From the NCBI GenBank assembly GCA_963793485.1, contig CAWCAB010000003.1, positions 198,419 to 262,418 of the forward strand: a stretch of 64,000 bases of DNA, written 5' to 3'. This stretch comes from an uncultured Bacteroidota bacterium. Lineage in GTDB: Bacteria; Bacteroidota; Bacteroidia; Bacteroidales; B18-G4. A model generated the notes under the pieces. The model was not told where the DNA came from. It made no database searches and worked only from the letters and a program-made list of their open reading frames with translations. Position numbers and translations under genes: made by a program. This document shows positions 9,216-18,939 of the stretch, one piece after another; the first letter of the stretch is position 1; every line of letters begins with the position of its first letter.

Positions 9216-10676
9216 ATGAAAAAATTATTACTTGTAGTAAGTCTGTTATTAATGAATTCATTCGTAAATGCACAATACCTTGTAAGTGCAACACAAGTTG
9301 CCTATATATTTGCCAGTGATGTTAAATGGAATTTAGAGAATCAGGGATTTGATACGGATTCAATGGAACTTAATAATATTAGGTTCTACAAAGTAACCTA
9401 TAATACCACCGATGTACATGGGGCACAAACAGTTGCAACCGGAGCCTTGTATGTTCCTCAAATTGAATGCGATACCTTGCCATTGGTCTCCTATCAGCAT
9501 GGGACAGTATTCCACAAAGAGCATGTTCCGTCCAATTGGTGGTCCTGGGTACCCCCTTACCTTTTTTCCGGGAATGGCTATATCACGACCCTGCCTGATT
9601 ATCTGGGTTTGGGGGATAATCCTGGCCTTCATCCTTATGTTCATTGGGAGTCAGAGGCAACAGCAAGCCTCGATCTGATTCGTGCGGCCAGGGAATTTTT
9701 GAATGCTGAACACCAGATCTGGGATAACAATCAGTTGTTTATAACCGGATATTCGCAAGGAGGCCATTCGACCATGGCAATACACAAATATGTTACAGTC
9801 AATAATTTGCAAGACGAATTTAACATTGTAGCATCAGCACCCATGTCAGGTCCATTTCCTCTTTATGATGCGCAATTTCCAGGGATGTTCGACGAAGACT
9901 CAAGCTATTACAGAGCAGAATTCATTCCTTATGCATTTGCCTCCTACCAGTTGGTTTACGGGAATTTATATACATTTTATAATGAGTACTATGATCCTCC
10001 TTATGACTCTATTATAGCCGACTGGTTGGCTTCGGGTACTCATGATGCTGATGAATGGGAAGCATTGATCCCTGAAAATTTTTATGACTTTATGCAGGAT
10101 TCTGTAGTTGACAACATGCTGAATGATCCGGATCATCCTGTTAATGTTAATTTACGGGAGAATGATCTGCACAACTGGATCCCTACTGAACCTGTTCACT
10201 TGTTGTATTGTGGAATGGATTCGATGGTTTACCCCGAAAATTCAATCATGACAAAGGACACAATGATGGCACTGGGAGCATTTGAGGTATTAGCAATAGA
10301 TATAGATCCTAACGGAACACATGAAACATGTAACCCTGATATGTATGTATTTGACTGGTTTAATAGTTTGAGTGTAGAATGTGAAATGGTATATGTATCA
10401 ATACCATCAATTAATGAACAGCCTGAAATAAGTTTGTATCCCAATCCATTCTCTACATTAACAACCATCGAATATGTAATTCAAGGCCCGGAAACTGCCG
10501 ATATTACTATTTTCAATCACCTAGGACAGATAGTTGAAAGCACCAGTCTGGGAAACGTTCAGCCTGGAAAACAACAGTATGTCTGGGATGCATCAGGAGT
10601 ACCTGCCGGAATATATTTTGTACAGCTAAGATCAGGGGAGGAAGTAGCTACAAGGAAGATTGTTAAAATGAAGTAA
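9216..10676 (+). CDS. Secreted alpha/beta-hydrolase (lipase-like) with T9SS C-terminal sorting domain
   Basis: Signal peptide MKKLLLVVSLLLMNSFVNAQ. Nucleophile elbow ITGYSQGGH. C-terminus LYPNPFSTLTTIEY...GIYFVQLRSGEEVATRKIVKMK. Confidence 0.75.
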   Translation: MKKLLLVVSLLLMNSFVNAQYLVSATQVAYIFASDVKWNLENQGFDTDSMELNNIRFYKVTYNTTDVHGAQTVATGALYVPQIECDTLPLVSYQHGTVFHKEHVPSNWWSWVPPYLFSGNGYITTLPDYLGLGDNPGLHPYVHWESEATASLDLIRAAREFLNAEHQIWDNNQLFITGYSQGGHSTMAIHKYVTVNNLQDEFNIVASAPMSGPFPLYDAQFPGMFDEDSSYYRAEFIPYAFASYQLVYGNLYTFYNEYYDPPYDSIIADWLASGTHDADEWEALIPENFYDFMQDSVVDNMLNDPDHPVNVNLRENDLHNWIPTEPVHLLYCGMDSMVYPENSIMTKDTMMALGAFEVLAIDIDPNGTHETCNPDMYVFDWFNSLSVECEMVYVSIPSINEQPEISLYPNPFSTLTTIEYVIQGPETADITIFNHLGQIVESTSLGNVQPGKQQYVWDASGVPAGIYFVQLRSGEEVATRKIVKMK

Positions 10677-10717
10677 GAAATAGTTGTTCGAATGGGTTTG
10701 TAATAAGGTTATCATAC

Positions 10718-10763
10718 AAAAAAAAGACCTCACAGGTCCGGGGACCTGTGAGGTCTTTTTTTT
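10718..10763 (+). terminator. Bidirectional-looking intrinsic terminator
   Basis: A8 - gacctcacaggtc cggg gacctgtgaggtc - T8, located 40 nt after the lipase stop. Confidence 0.85.
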
Positions 10764-10813
10764 ATCAATAATAGACTTGTGCGGCCTATTAATATTCTTT
10801 ATATTTTTGGTCC

Positions 10814-11461
10814 ATGATCTATAATGAAGAAACAGCCATAACAGTATCAGATTTCCTGTTGCAAATCAAAGCAATAAAACTGAATAATACCGATCCATTT
10901 ACCTGGGCTTCGGGCCTGAGGTCACCGATATATTGCGACAATCGGGTTACACTTTCTTATCCAAAAGTAAGGACCTATATGCGTCAGCAGTTTGTAAAGG
11001 CCATTCAGGAAACCTTTGGTGATGTAGATGTCATTGTAGGGGTTGCTACGGGTGGGATTGCCCAGGGTGCACTCATTGCACAGGAGATGGGACTCCCATT
11101 TGCGTATGTTCGTTCAACCAGCAAAGGCCACGGCCTGGAAAATATGATAGAAGGAGTTGTTGAAGCCGGACAATCAGTTGTAGTAGTAGAAGACCTGATC
11201 TCAACCGGTGGAAGTAGCCTCAAAGCCGTTAAAGCTCTTCGGGAGGCAAAATGCAATGTGAAAGGTATGGTGGCGATCTTTACTTACCAGCTACCTGCTG
11301 CTGCTGAAAGCTTTGAAAAAGAAAAATGCAAACTCGTTACCCTTGCCGACTATGAAACCATGATCGGAAGGGCCCTGGAGAATGAATATATTCAGGATTC
11401 CGACTTTAATTCTCTTTCTGTTTGGCGCCAGGATCCAAAGAAGTGGAGCGCACAATTTTAA
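10814..11461 (+). CDS. pyrE: Orotate phosphoribosyltransferase
   Basis: PRPP-binding loop VVVVEDLISTGGSSL; N-terminal FTWASGLRSPIYCDNR is typical of PyrE. Confidence 0.92.
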   Translation: MIYNEETAITVSDFLLQIKAIKLNNTDPFTWASGLRSPIYCDNRVTLSYPKVRTYMRQQFVKAIQETFGDVDVIVGVATGGIAQGALIAQEMGLPFAYVRSTSKGHGLENMIEGVVEAGQSVVVVEDLISTGGSSLKAVKALREAKCNVKGMVAIFTYQLPAAAESFEKEKCKLVTLADYETMIGRALENEYIQDSDFNSLSVWRQDPKKWSAQF

Positions 11462-11472
11462 CAAACCAAGTT

Positions 11473-11868
11473 ATGAATATCAAAAGCGAGCTTGTAATCG
11501 TCAATAAACCAGTTGGGCAGATCTTTGACTTCCTGACCGATTTCAATAATTTTGAAAAACTGATGCCTGAACAGGTAATCAAATGGGAATCTGACGAAAA
11601 ATCATGCAGGTTTACAGTGAAAGACATGGCCGAAATAGGCATGAGGATTGAGAATGTTGAGCCCAATAAAGCCATCTTCATCACTTCCGACGGAAAGGTC
11701 CCTTTTGATTTTAAATTAAAGGTCGATCTGGATGAAAAAGCAGAGAATCAGACTGCCGTTCAGATCATTTTTGATGGGAAAGTTGGTACCATGCTCGCCA
11801 TGATGGCCAAACGGCCACTCACCAACCTGGTGAATCATATGGTAGAAGCGATCCAGGAGCATGCGTAG
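11473..11868 (+). CDS. SRPBCC (START/Bet v1-like) family protein
   Basis: About 131 aa from ATG 11473 (MNIKSELVIVNKPVGQIFDFLTDFNNFEKLMP). The family call rests on overall pattern only. Confidence 0.55.
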   Translation: MNIKSELVIVNKPVGQIFDFLTDFNNFEKLMPEQVIKWESDEKSCRFTVKDMAEIGMRIENVEPNKAIFITSDGKVPFDFKLKVDLDEKAENQTAVQIIFDGKVGTMLAMMAKRPLTNLVNHMVEAIQEHA

Positions 11869-11877
11869 AAAAAGTTT

Positions 11878-12037
11878 CTGGTCGCTGGCTTCTTGTTACT
11901 GGTAACCAGTAGCCAGCCCGCCATCGCCAAGGCTTCGGCGCATGAAGTATCCAGTATCCAGGATCTAGTATCCAGTATCCAGGATCTAGTATCTAGTATC
12001 CAGTATCCAGTGACAAGTAACAAGTAACCAGCAGCAG
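11878..12037. repeat. Heptamer array filling a convergent spacer (about 23 units; core TATCCAG/GATCTAG with a 21-bp super-repeat)
   Basis: ctggtcg ctggctt cttgtta ctggtaa ccagtag ccagccc ... tatccag tatccag gatctag tatccag tatccag gatctag tatctag tatccag tatccag tgacaag taacaag taaccag. Confidence 0.9.
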
Positions 12038-12041
12038 TATA

Positions 12042-12791
12042 TTAAAAAAGATAAGCTATCTCCTTCAAATCACATTCAATCAAACCTTCTTCAGTTTCCA
12101 ATAATAACCTCCCAAATCCACTCACCCCGGTAATTTTAGCCGAAATTTGTTTCCCCTGGTATTCGTATTCACGCCATTCGGTCATTCCCAGTAAGTTCTG
12201 ATGGTATTCTGCTCTCAGGTGATCAAATGATACCTGTTTCAACTGCTCATATCTGCTCATCAAACATTCACATAGTCTCAAAGCCTCATCTTCTAATTCA
12301 TAAGTCTTCCCTGTGAGTTTCATTATAGAAACAGGATTTGGAATATCATCACTGAAGCTTTCCTGGTTTACATTCACCCCGATCCCGGCTATGACATGTT
12401 CAAAGTGGCTGCCCATAATCTCATTGTTGATCAGGATTCCACCTATCTTTTCCCTGCCAATATAGACATCATTCGGCCACTTAATATAAATATCTTCTTC
12501 CGGCAGGAGAATTTTAAGAAAATCAATGATCCCTAAGGCAACAGACATACTTATACTGAATTGATCGGCAACGTCCAGGAAATCAGGATAAAAGATCATT
12601 GTCATGAGGATATTCTTTCCGGGCTCGCTTTCCCAGGTGTTTTTGTCCTGGCCTTTTCCTGAAGTCTGATGGTCAGCAAGCACGACAGTACCTTCCACCG
12701 GCCGCTTATGCTGCAGCATCTCCTTCGCATAGCTATTCGTGGAGGAGACCTCAGAAATGTGGATGATATTACAATTTGTGTATGGATTCAT
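12042..12791 (-). CDS. birA: Biotin--[acetyl-CoA-carboxylase] ligase
   Basis: From ATG 12791 the sequence reads MNPYTNCNIIHISEVSSTNSYAKE...ADHQTSGKGQDKNTWES (GxGRxGRxW-type biotin loop region). The upstream 35 codons of the track ORF translate a palindromic repeat. Confidence 0.85.
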   Translation of the reverse strand: MNPYTNCNIIHISEVSSTNSYAKEMLQHKRPVEGTVVLADHQTSGKGQDKNTWESEPGKNILMTMIFYPDFLDVADQFSISMSVALGIIDFLKILLPEEDIYIKWPNDVYIGREKIGGILINNEIMGSHFEHVIAGIGVNVNQESFSDDIPNPVSIMKLTGKTYELEDEALRLCECLMSRYEQLKQVSFDHLRAEYHQNLLGMTEWREYEYQGKQISAKITGVSGFGRLLLETEEGLIECDLKEIAYLF

Positions 12792-12821
12792 CGTCTGTAA
12801 AGTTAGCATATAATGGTGATT

Positions 12822-12893
12822 CACCTCACCCCCTGGCCCCTTCTCCTTGAGGAGAGGGGGAAAAGGGGGACGGGGGGTTAAGGGGGTGAGGTG
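12822..12893. repeat. GC-rich nested palindromic element between divergent birA and rsfS
   Basis: Outer arms cacctcaccccct / agggggtgaggtg are exact complements. Inner arms are ccccttctcc ttga ggagaggggg. Confidence 0.8.
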
Positions 12894-12949
12894 CATAATT
12901 TGACTGAATTAACACCAATTTTCCGTACATTTGCAGCAAATTAGCATGC

Positions 12950-13324
12950 ATGACAAAAGACTTAGAAACAGATTCAAAGCAAGTGGTTGACGCTATCGTT
13001 TCGGCGATGGAGGATAAAAAGGGGATGGATATTACCTTTATTGATTTTAGTAAGGTATCTAATACTGTAGCCAGGTATTTTGTCATATGTCATGGGAGTA
13101 GCAATACACATGTTAAGTCGCTTGCCGACGGGGTAATTGATGGTGTAAGGAAAAAATTGGCCTCTAAACCATGGAATAAAGAAGGTTTTGAAAACGCGGA
13201 ATGGATTTTGCTGGACTATGCTGACGTAGTTGTGCACATATTCCAGGAAAACTCCCGTCAATTCTACAATCTGGAGGGTCTCTGGGCTGATATGGATGTT
13301 ACTCGGGTGGAAAGCAAGCAATAA
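12950..13324 (+). CDS. rsfS: Ribosome silencing factor RsfS (iojap family)
   Basis: 124 aa with ARYFVICHGSSNTHVKSLAD...WILLDYADVVVHIF, typical of RsfS. Confidence 0.9.
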   Translation: MTKDLETDSKQVVDAIVSAMEDKKGMDITFIDFSKVSNTVARYFVICHGSSNTHVKSLADGVIDGVRKKLASKPWNKEGFENAEWILLDYADVVVHIFQENSRQFYNLEGLWADMDVTRVESKQ

Positions 13325-13345
13325 TGATTACTTTTTAACGACAGA

Positions 13346-15460
13346 ATGGCAGATATAAAAAAAACAGATAAGGGGAAGAACCAATCGGGCCTCCCCAAGA
13401 TGAATAAAAAAGGCAAATTCAATTTCTATTGGATCTATGCCGCTATGTTTTTCATCATTTTCATTATATACATTTCAGATTTAGGTGGCGGTGCAAGGAA
13501 GACCAATGAATATGATCTTCGGATAATGCTTCAGAAGGGTGACGTTGAAAAAATCGACGTGATCAATAAGGAGAAGGCTGAGATATTTATCAAGAAAGAT
13601 GTCCTGGATAAGGATACAGCATATAATGATGTAAAACCATCCGGCTTTAGTCAGGGCGGACCTCAGTTTTACATGTATATTGATGGTGCTGATGAGTTTA
13701 AGACCTGGGTAGCTACAGCACAGGAGGGCTTTCCAGAAGCCGAAATGATTGTTCCTGAGCTGGATAACCGTACTAGCTGGATAGATAGCCTTAGCTGGCT
13801 GCTACCGATCCTCATCCTTGTGGTGATATGGATCGTGATCATGCGTATGATGGGACGTGGTGCCGGTGGAGGTGGGGGCCAGATATTTAACATCGGGAAG
13901 TCAAAGGCCCAGCTGTTCGATAAGAGCACAAGCGTAACCATAAACTTTAAAGACGTTGCCGGGCTGGAAGAGGCGAAGGTGGAGATTAAAGAAATTGTCG
14001 ACTTTCTGAAAAGCCCTGAGAAATACACTACCCTTGGCGGTAAGATACCTAAAGGTGCGCTGCTGGTAGGCCCTCCGGGAACCGGGAAAACACTATTGGC
14101 AAAGGCAGTTGCCGGTGAAGCAAAGGTGCCCTTTTTCAGCATTTCCGGATCAGATTTCGTGGAAATGTTTGTTGGTGTTGGCGCCTCCAGGGTGCGCGAC
14201 CTCTTCAAACAGGCCAAGGAAAAAGCTCCTTGTATCATCTTCATCGATGAGATTGATGCCATCGGCCGCGCCAGGGGAAAAAATGCCATGACCGGAGCCA
14301 ACGATGAACGTGAAAATACATTGAATCAGCTGCTCACTGAGATGGATGGCTTTTCAAGTAACACAGGTGTGATCATACTGGCAGCTACCAACCGGGCCGA
14401 CATTCTCGATCGTGCCCTGATGCGAGCAGGCCGTTTCGACAGGCAGATCCATGTTGAGCTTCCCGACCTGGAAGAGCGCAAAGCCATTTTTAAAGTGCAT
14501 ATGCGCCCGCTAAAAATGGATGATACAGTGAAGGTGGATTTTCTGGCAAAACAAACCCCCGGATTCTCGGGTGCCGATATAGCGAATGTGTGTAATGAAT
14601 CAGCGCTGATAGCGGCAAGAAATGGCCATAAAAGTGTTGAGAAGCAAGATTTTATGGATGCAATCGACAGGATCATTGGTGGCCTGGAGAAACGGAATAA
14701 GATCATCACTGCCAAAGAGAAAAAAGTCATTGCCTTTCATGAAGCCGGACATGCCTCAATCAGCTGGTTGCTCGAGCATGCACATCCACTGGTGAAGGTA
14801 ACTATCGTACCCCGCGGCAAAGCACTTGGTGCTGCGTGGTACCTGCCGGAAGAACGACAGATCACAACCTGGGAACAGATGTTTGATGAGATGACAGCCA
14901 CCCTTGGCGGACGTGCTTCGGAAGAAGTGATCTTCGGGAAAGTCTCCACAGGGGCTCTCAACGACCTGGAACGTGTAACCAAGCAGGCTTATAATATGGT
15001 TGTGTATTTCGGTTTGAATGAGAAGATCGGAAACATCAGTTATTATGATTCATCAGGTCAGCAGGAGTATTCATTTCATAAGCCTTATAGTGAAAAAACT
15101 GCCGAAACAATAGATGCTGAGATCAAGGTACTTGTAGAGAAAGCCTATAAGCGTGCTGTTGAACTCCTGAAAGAAAACAGAGAAGAACTTGAAGCACTGG
15201 CGACAAGGTTGCTCGATAAGGAAGTCATCTTTAGTGAGGACCTTGAAGAGGTATTCGGTGCCCGCCCATGGGATGAAGAGAAAAGGCCAGGAGAGAATGG
15301 GGACGGGGAACTTTTACCGAAGACCGAAGATCGAACAGATGAGGCCGGCGAAAAGCCTTCAACTAACAGCGATCAGCCAACAGCCAACAGCGACAAGAAA
15401 CCAGAAGAGAAATCTGACGATCTTATCCCTGACAAACCTGAAGATAAAGAGAAGAAATAA
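13346..15460 (+). CDS. ftsH: ATP-dependent zinc metalloprotease FtsH
   Basis: Walker A GPPGTGKT, Walker [12 protein letters not shown] region, zinc site HEAGHA. Has an acidic low-complexity C-terminal tail. Confidence 0.97.
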   Translation: MADIKKTDKGKNQSGLPKMNKKGKFNFYWIYAAMFFIIFIIYISDLGGGARKTNEYDLRIMLQKGDVEKIDVINKEKAEIFIKKDVLDKDTAYNDVKPSGFSQGGPQFYMYIDGADEFKTWVATAQEGFPEAEMIVPELDNRTSWIDSLSWLLPILILVVIWIVIMRMMGRGAGGGGGQIFNIGKSKAQLFDKSTSVTINFKDVAGLEEAKVEIKEIVDFLKSPEKYTTLGGKIPKGALLVGPPGTGKTLLAKAVAGEAKVPFFSISGSDFVEMFVGVGASRVRDLFKQAKEKAPCIIFIDEIDAIGRARGKNAMTGANDERENTLNQLLTEMDGFSSNTGVIILAATNRADILDRALMRAGRFDRQIHVELPDLEERKAIFKVHMRPLKMDDTVKVDFLAKQTPGFSGADIANVCNESALIAARNGHKSVEKQDFMDAIDRIIGGLEKRNKIITAKEKKVIAFHEAGHASISWLLEHAHPLVKVTIVPRGKALGAAWYLPEERQITTWEQMFDEMTATLGGRASEEVIFGKVSTGALNDLERVTKQAYNMVVYFGLNEKIGNISYYDSSGQQEYSFHKPYSEKTAETIDAEIKVLVEKAYKRAVELLKENREELEALATRLLDKEVIFSEDLEEVFGARPWDEEKRPGENGDGELLPKTEDRTDEAGEKPSTNSDQPTANSDKKPEEKSDDLIPDKPEDKEKK

Positions 15461-15466
15461 TCTACA

Positions 15467-16111
15467 ATGGACGATACTACTTCCAGAGAGAAAGTCCTGA
15501 AAAGTGTCAGGAATGCCTTGATGTCGAAACTCGATAATCCATACCAGGATGTTGACTTCGACTCGCCTGTATTTGAGCAGGTGAGCGATTCTCCGGAGAT
15601 CGTATTTGCCCAGGAGTTTATTAAAACTGCTGGAAAGTTTGTGTATTGCAGCGATGATAAAGAATTTGCAGAAACACTTGGATCGCTTATAACCCAGAAT
15701 CAATGGAAATCTGTTCATTGTCTGGATAAGGGATTGAGTGACTTACTATCCGGGGAAAGCATCATGGTAACAAATGATGAAAAAAGCTTTGCCAATATGA
15801 AAGCGGGCCTCACACCTTGTGAATACCTTATTGCAAGGCTTGGGAGCATCATGGTTTCCACTGCACATGCTTCAGGGCGAAGGATGAATGTGTTTCCTGA
15901 GATTCACCTGGTTTATGCAAAAGCATCACAACTGGTGCCAGATCTGAAAGATGCCCTGAAAGCTCTAAAAGAAAAGTACGGGCAGGATCTTCCGTCTATG
16001 ATTAATCTCATCACAGGTCCAAGCCGGACTGCCGACATTGAAAAAACACTGGTTATGGGTGCACATGGCCCAAAGGAAGTATATGTTTTCCTTGTTGATG
16101 ACCAAATTTAA
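15467..16111 (+). CDS. LUD domain (LutC/YkgG-like) protein
   Basis: The C-terminal ITGPSRTADIEKTLVMGAHGP pattern is typical of the LUD domain. Confidence 0.75.
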   Translation: MDDTTSREKVLKSVRNALMSKLDNPYQDVDFDSPVFEQVSDSPEIVFAQEFIKTAGKFVYCSDDKEFAETLGSLITQNQWKSVHCLDKGLSDLLSGESIMVTNDEKSFANMKAGLTPCEYLIARLGSIMVSTAHASGRRMNVFPEIHLVYAKASQLVPDLKDALKALKEKYGQDLPSMINLITGPSRTADIEKTLVMGAHGPKEVYVFLVDDQI

Positions 16112-16126
16112 ACCAAAACCCGGATT

Positions 16127-16948
16127 TTGAAGAACCTCATTGTCAGAACAATTACAGGCGGATTTTTTGTGGCATCCATCATCTTCAGTGCGATATATTC
16201 ACCGGCTGTGTTCTCCATACTCTTCCTTATGATGGCTCTTGTCGGGCTGTGGGAATTCCAACGTCTTGCTATTGATTGGGTGGGAAAGTTAAAATCCAGT
16301 CCCGGCATAATTGCAGGCGGCATCATTTACATCCTCTTTCCACTGTATTCCAGACATGAATACCCTGTAGAGATTTTTCTTGCTATTTTCCCGGTACTGA
16401 TCATGCTTACCGTTTACCATGCGTTATGGGAGGGCAATCTTCGAAAAACATATATAATAGGAAATCTGGCAGGTATATTTTTCGTAGTGATCCCAATGGG
16501 GATGCTCAATCTCTATCTGAACCCAACTGCAATTCCAGGTTTTCATACTCCCTGGCTCGTACTGGGTATGTTTGCGATCTTATGGACGCATGATACATTT
16601 GCTTACCTGACAGGAAGCATGTTTGGAAAACATGCATTGTATAAACGTATTTCCCCTAAGAAATCCTGGGAGGGAAGCATTGGAGGCTTTGGCTTCTCAA
16701 TCGTTGCTGCCTATATTATCTCCGTGTTTTCCCCCTTACTTCTCATGTACCAATGGATGAGCTTTGCCCTGGTGATTACGGTCTTTGGTACCATTGGTGA
16801 CCTGGCTGAATCATGGTTAAAGAGGAGGGCAGGAGTGAAGGATTCCGGCAGCTTGTTGCCAGGCCATGGAGGCATCCTTGATCGTTTCGACAGCATTATG
16901 CTGGTTTCACCAATAATATTTCTCTTAATTCTTTTGTATCTGATATGA
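16127..16948 (+). CDS. cdsA: Phosphatidate cytidylyltransferase
   Basis: Signature SPKKSWEGSIGG...GDLAESWLKRRAGVKDSGSLLPGHGGILDRFDS. TTG start as given in the track. Confidence 0.9.
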   Translation: MKNLIVRTITGGFFVASIIFSAIYSPAVFSILFLMMALVGLWEFQRLAIDWVGKLKSSPGIIAGGIIYILFPLYSRHEYPVEIFLAIFPVLIMLTVYHALWEGNLRKTYIIGNLAGIFFVVIPMGMLNLYLNPTAIPGFHTPWLVLGMFAILWTHDTFAYLTGSMFGKHALYKRISPKKSWEGSIGGFGFSIVAAYIISVFSPLLLMYQWMSFALVITVFGTIGDLAESWLKRRAGVKDSGSLLPGHGGILDRFDSIMLVSPIIFLLILLYLI

Positions 16949-17604
16949 AATTCCATATAGCAGGCATAATACCCATTTTGGTTTTACTCACAGGAGTGCT
17001 ATTCATATTCTTCCTGTTGAACTGGTTTTTTCCGGAGCAGACCTTCATACATTATATATTGTATGTTGCTGGATTAATATTCATGTTCTTCGTGATCAGA
17101 TTCTTTCGTTTCCCTGTCAGACAGTCTACGCAGGATGAAAATAATGTTTACAGCGGGGCTGATGGCAAGGTGGTAGCCATTGAGAAGCTTCACATTGATG
17201 AACATTTCAATAGCGAACGTATCCAGGTCTCAGTCTTCATGTCGGTATTTAATGTGCATATCAACTGGAGCCCATTTGGGGGCAAAGTTGTTTATCGCAA
17301 ACATCACCAGGGAAAACATATGGTTGCTTTCAATCCTAAATCCTCCTTGATTAACGAGCATACGAGCTGGGTGATCAGGGATGAAAAGGGTAGGGAGGTG
17401 ATGATGCGCCAGATTGCAGGTGCCGTCGCCCGCCGGATCATCTGTAAGCCTAAGGTAGGGCAGGTAGTGCTTAAGGGTGAAATGATCGGTATGATAAAAT
17501 TTGGAAGCAGGGTTGACCTGATACTACCTCCTGACGCAGAGGTCATGGTAAACATAGGAGATAAAGCAAAGGGAACACAAACCCTGATCGCAAAGCTGAA
17601 GTAA
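16945..17604 (+). CDS. psd: Phosphatidylserine decarboxylase family protein (short type)
   Basis: Self-cleavage-type motif FGSRVDLILP. 4-nt overlap with cdsA. Confidence 0.85.
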   Translation: MKFHIAGIIPILVLLTGVLFIFFLLNWFFPEQTFIHYILYVAGLIFMFFVIRFFRFPVRQSTQDENNVYSGADGKVVAIEKLHIDEHFNSERIQVSVFMSVFNVHINWSPFGGKVVYRKHHQGKHMVAFNPKSSLINEHTSWVIRDEKGREVMMRQIAGAVARRIICKPKVGQVVLKGEMIGMIKFGSRVDLILPPDAEVMVNIGDKAKGTQTLIAKLK

Positions 17605-17607
17605 TTC

Positions 17608-18303
17608 TTAGAATATATCTATAAGTTCATTCAAGCTTCTGATTTCATACGTCACTTTTTCCTTATGCACTTTGCCTTCTGGATTGAAGAAAACCTGGTC
17701 CATCCCTACATTGCGTGCACCAAGAACATCCACCTCTAAATCATCACCAATAATAATGCTTTCTGCTGCCATGCATCCGGCTTTCTCCATGGCAAAGTGA
17801 AAAATTTCCGGTTCGGGTTTCTTGATCCCGGCTTCCTCAGAAGTGGTTACAGTCTTAAAAAACCTGTCTAAACCGGCAATGTTAAATTTCTGCTCCTGCA
17901 CCTCCTGAAACCCATTTGTGATCAGGTGTAAAGGATATTTGGGGGCGAGATATTCAAGGCTTTCTATGGCACAAGGGAAAAGGAAAGCCTTATCGGGGTT
18001 TACGATCACATAATCTTTTGACATGCCAACGGCAATCTGCTGATTAGTAATACCAAAGTCGGCCAGTGTCATCTCAAAACGTTTGACGTTTAGCACCTCT
18101 TTGAGAATATCTCCCTTGCGGTACCAACTCCATAGAAGGTCATTATGCTTCTCATATTGCTTCCTGAAAACCTCCAGGGAGGGAACACCAAGGTCATCCA
18201 ATCCATATTTTGAAAACATCCTCTGAAAAGAATCATTAGCACTGGCATCAAAATCCCAGATCGTTCGGTCGAGGTCGAAGAAGATGGTGGTGTATTTATG
18301 CAT
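17608..18303 (-). CDS. HAD-IA family hydrolase (YjjG-like nucleotidase)
   Basis: Motif I IFFDLDRTIWDF and C-terminal IIIGDDLEVDVLGARNVGM. Confidence 0.75.
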   Translation of the reverse strand: MHKYTTIFFDLDRTIWDFDASANDSFQRMFSKYGLDDLGVPSLEVFRKQYEKHNDLLWSWYRKGDILKEVLNVKRFEMTLADFGITNQQIAVGMSKDYVIVNPDKAFLFPCAIESLEYLAPKYPLHLITNGFQEVQEQKFNIAGLDRFFKTVTTSEEAGIKKPEPEIFHFAMEKAGCMAAESIIIGDDLEVDVLGARNVGMDQVFFNPEGKVHKEKVTYEIRSLNELIDIF

Positions 18304-18352
18304 GGGTGCAAAGGTAAATAATTAAACCTTGAACCATTACTTGATAGTGTTT

Positions 18353-18389
18353 ATGGGGACTTGGGGCTAGGGGCTAGGTTCTGGGGACC
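18353..18389. repeat. G-rich heptamer block (5 units) abutting the stop of the four-helix-bundle gene
   Basis: atgggga cttgggg ctagggg ctaggtt ctgggga. Confidence 0.8.
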
Positions 18390-18748
18390 TATAATTGATT
18401 GTACCTGTATTGAATTAGTTTTTTGATTCTTTTTGAGAGAATTATCATGGAGATGGATAATGATTGATATTCTATAACGCTTATGTACCCTATGTCCTTA
18501 GCTATTTCGATTTGTGTTTTGAGTTCCGCCAGGGAGGCACTTGCAATACTGAAAAACTTAATGCTGACCTTTTCAAATATAGAATCTTCTCCTTCGGCAA
18601 GATTTGAAGGAATACTTATTGCCGAACGTCTTATCTGGTCTCTGAAGGAGAAATCTTTTGCCAAATCCCCCTGGTTTGTAAGATGATATATCCTCACAGC
18701 TAGCTTTTTAGATTCTATCCAAACTTCCATTTTATCATAATTACCCAT
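18389..18748 (-). CDS. Four-helix-bundle protein (23S rRNA intervening-sequence protein family)
   Basis: From ATG 18748 the sequence reads MGNYDKMEVWIESKKLAVRIYHLT...IRRSAISIPSNLAEGE...ASLAELKTQIEIAKDIGYI, the hallmark pattern of this family. Confidence 0.85.
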   Translation of the reverse strand: MGNYDKMEVWIESKKLAVRIYHLTNQGDLAKDFSFRDQIRRSAISIPSNLAEGEDSIFEKVSIKFFSIASASLAELKTQIEIAKDIGYISVIEYQSLSISMIILSKRIKKLIQYRYNQL

Positions 18749-18796
18749 TCCTATTAATACCAATATTCCTAAAATGTCACACCTGCGCACATTATT

Positions 18797-18831
18797 TCCT
18801 TGCCCCTAGTCCCCAGCTCCAAGCACCCTTA
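18797..18831. repeat. C-rich heptamer block (5 units), inverted relative to 18353-18389
   Basis: tccttgc ccctagt ccccagc tccaagc accctta. Confidence 0.75.
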
Positions 18832-18865
18832 TCGATCCTTTCGCATAAAAAAAATCAATCAAATC

Positions 18866-18897
18866 CTTGACTTCGCCTCAGATTTCGTTTATATTTG
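18866..18897 (+). promoter_or_regulatory. Bacteroidota-type promoter candidate (CTTG-N20-TATATTTG) for the SPFH gene
   Basis: Matches the TTTG / TAnnTTTG consensus spacing, 43 nt upstream of ATG 18940. The same CTTG-N20-TATATTTG string pattern occurs at 28124-28155. Confidence 0.45.
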
Positions 18898-18939
18898 TGA
18901 TATCAAAATAATATCAAAAAACTATTAATATAAATCTAA

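Noticed and set aside
11835-12023. 62-aa ORF with the periodic peptide WILDTRSWILDTRSWILDTS
   Set aside because: It is the literal translation of the 7-bp repeat array, where 21 nt gives a 7-aa period. It has no start context, and it overlaps a convergent spacer.
12792-12896. N-terminal extension of birA (MHLTPLTPRPPFPPLLKEKGPGGEV...)
   Set aside because: The extension is encoded by the GC-rich palindromic element. BirA homology begins at the internal ATG 12791.
13669-14730. Long antisense ORFs (210 and 134 aa) within ftsH
   Set aside because: They lie opposite an unambiguous FtsH frame carrying Walker A/B, SRH and HEAGHA motifs. This is a typical shadow-ORF artefact.
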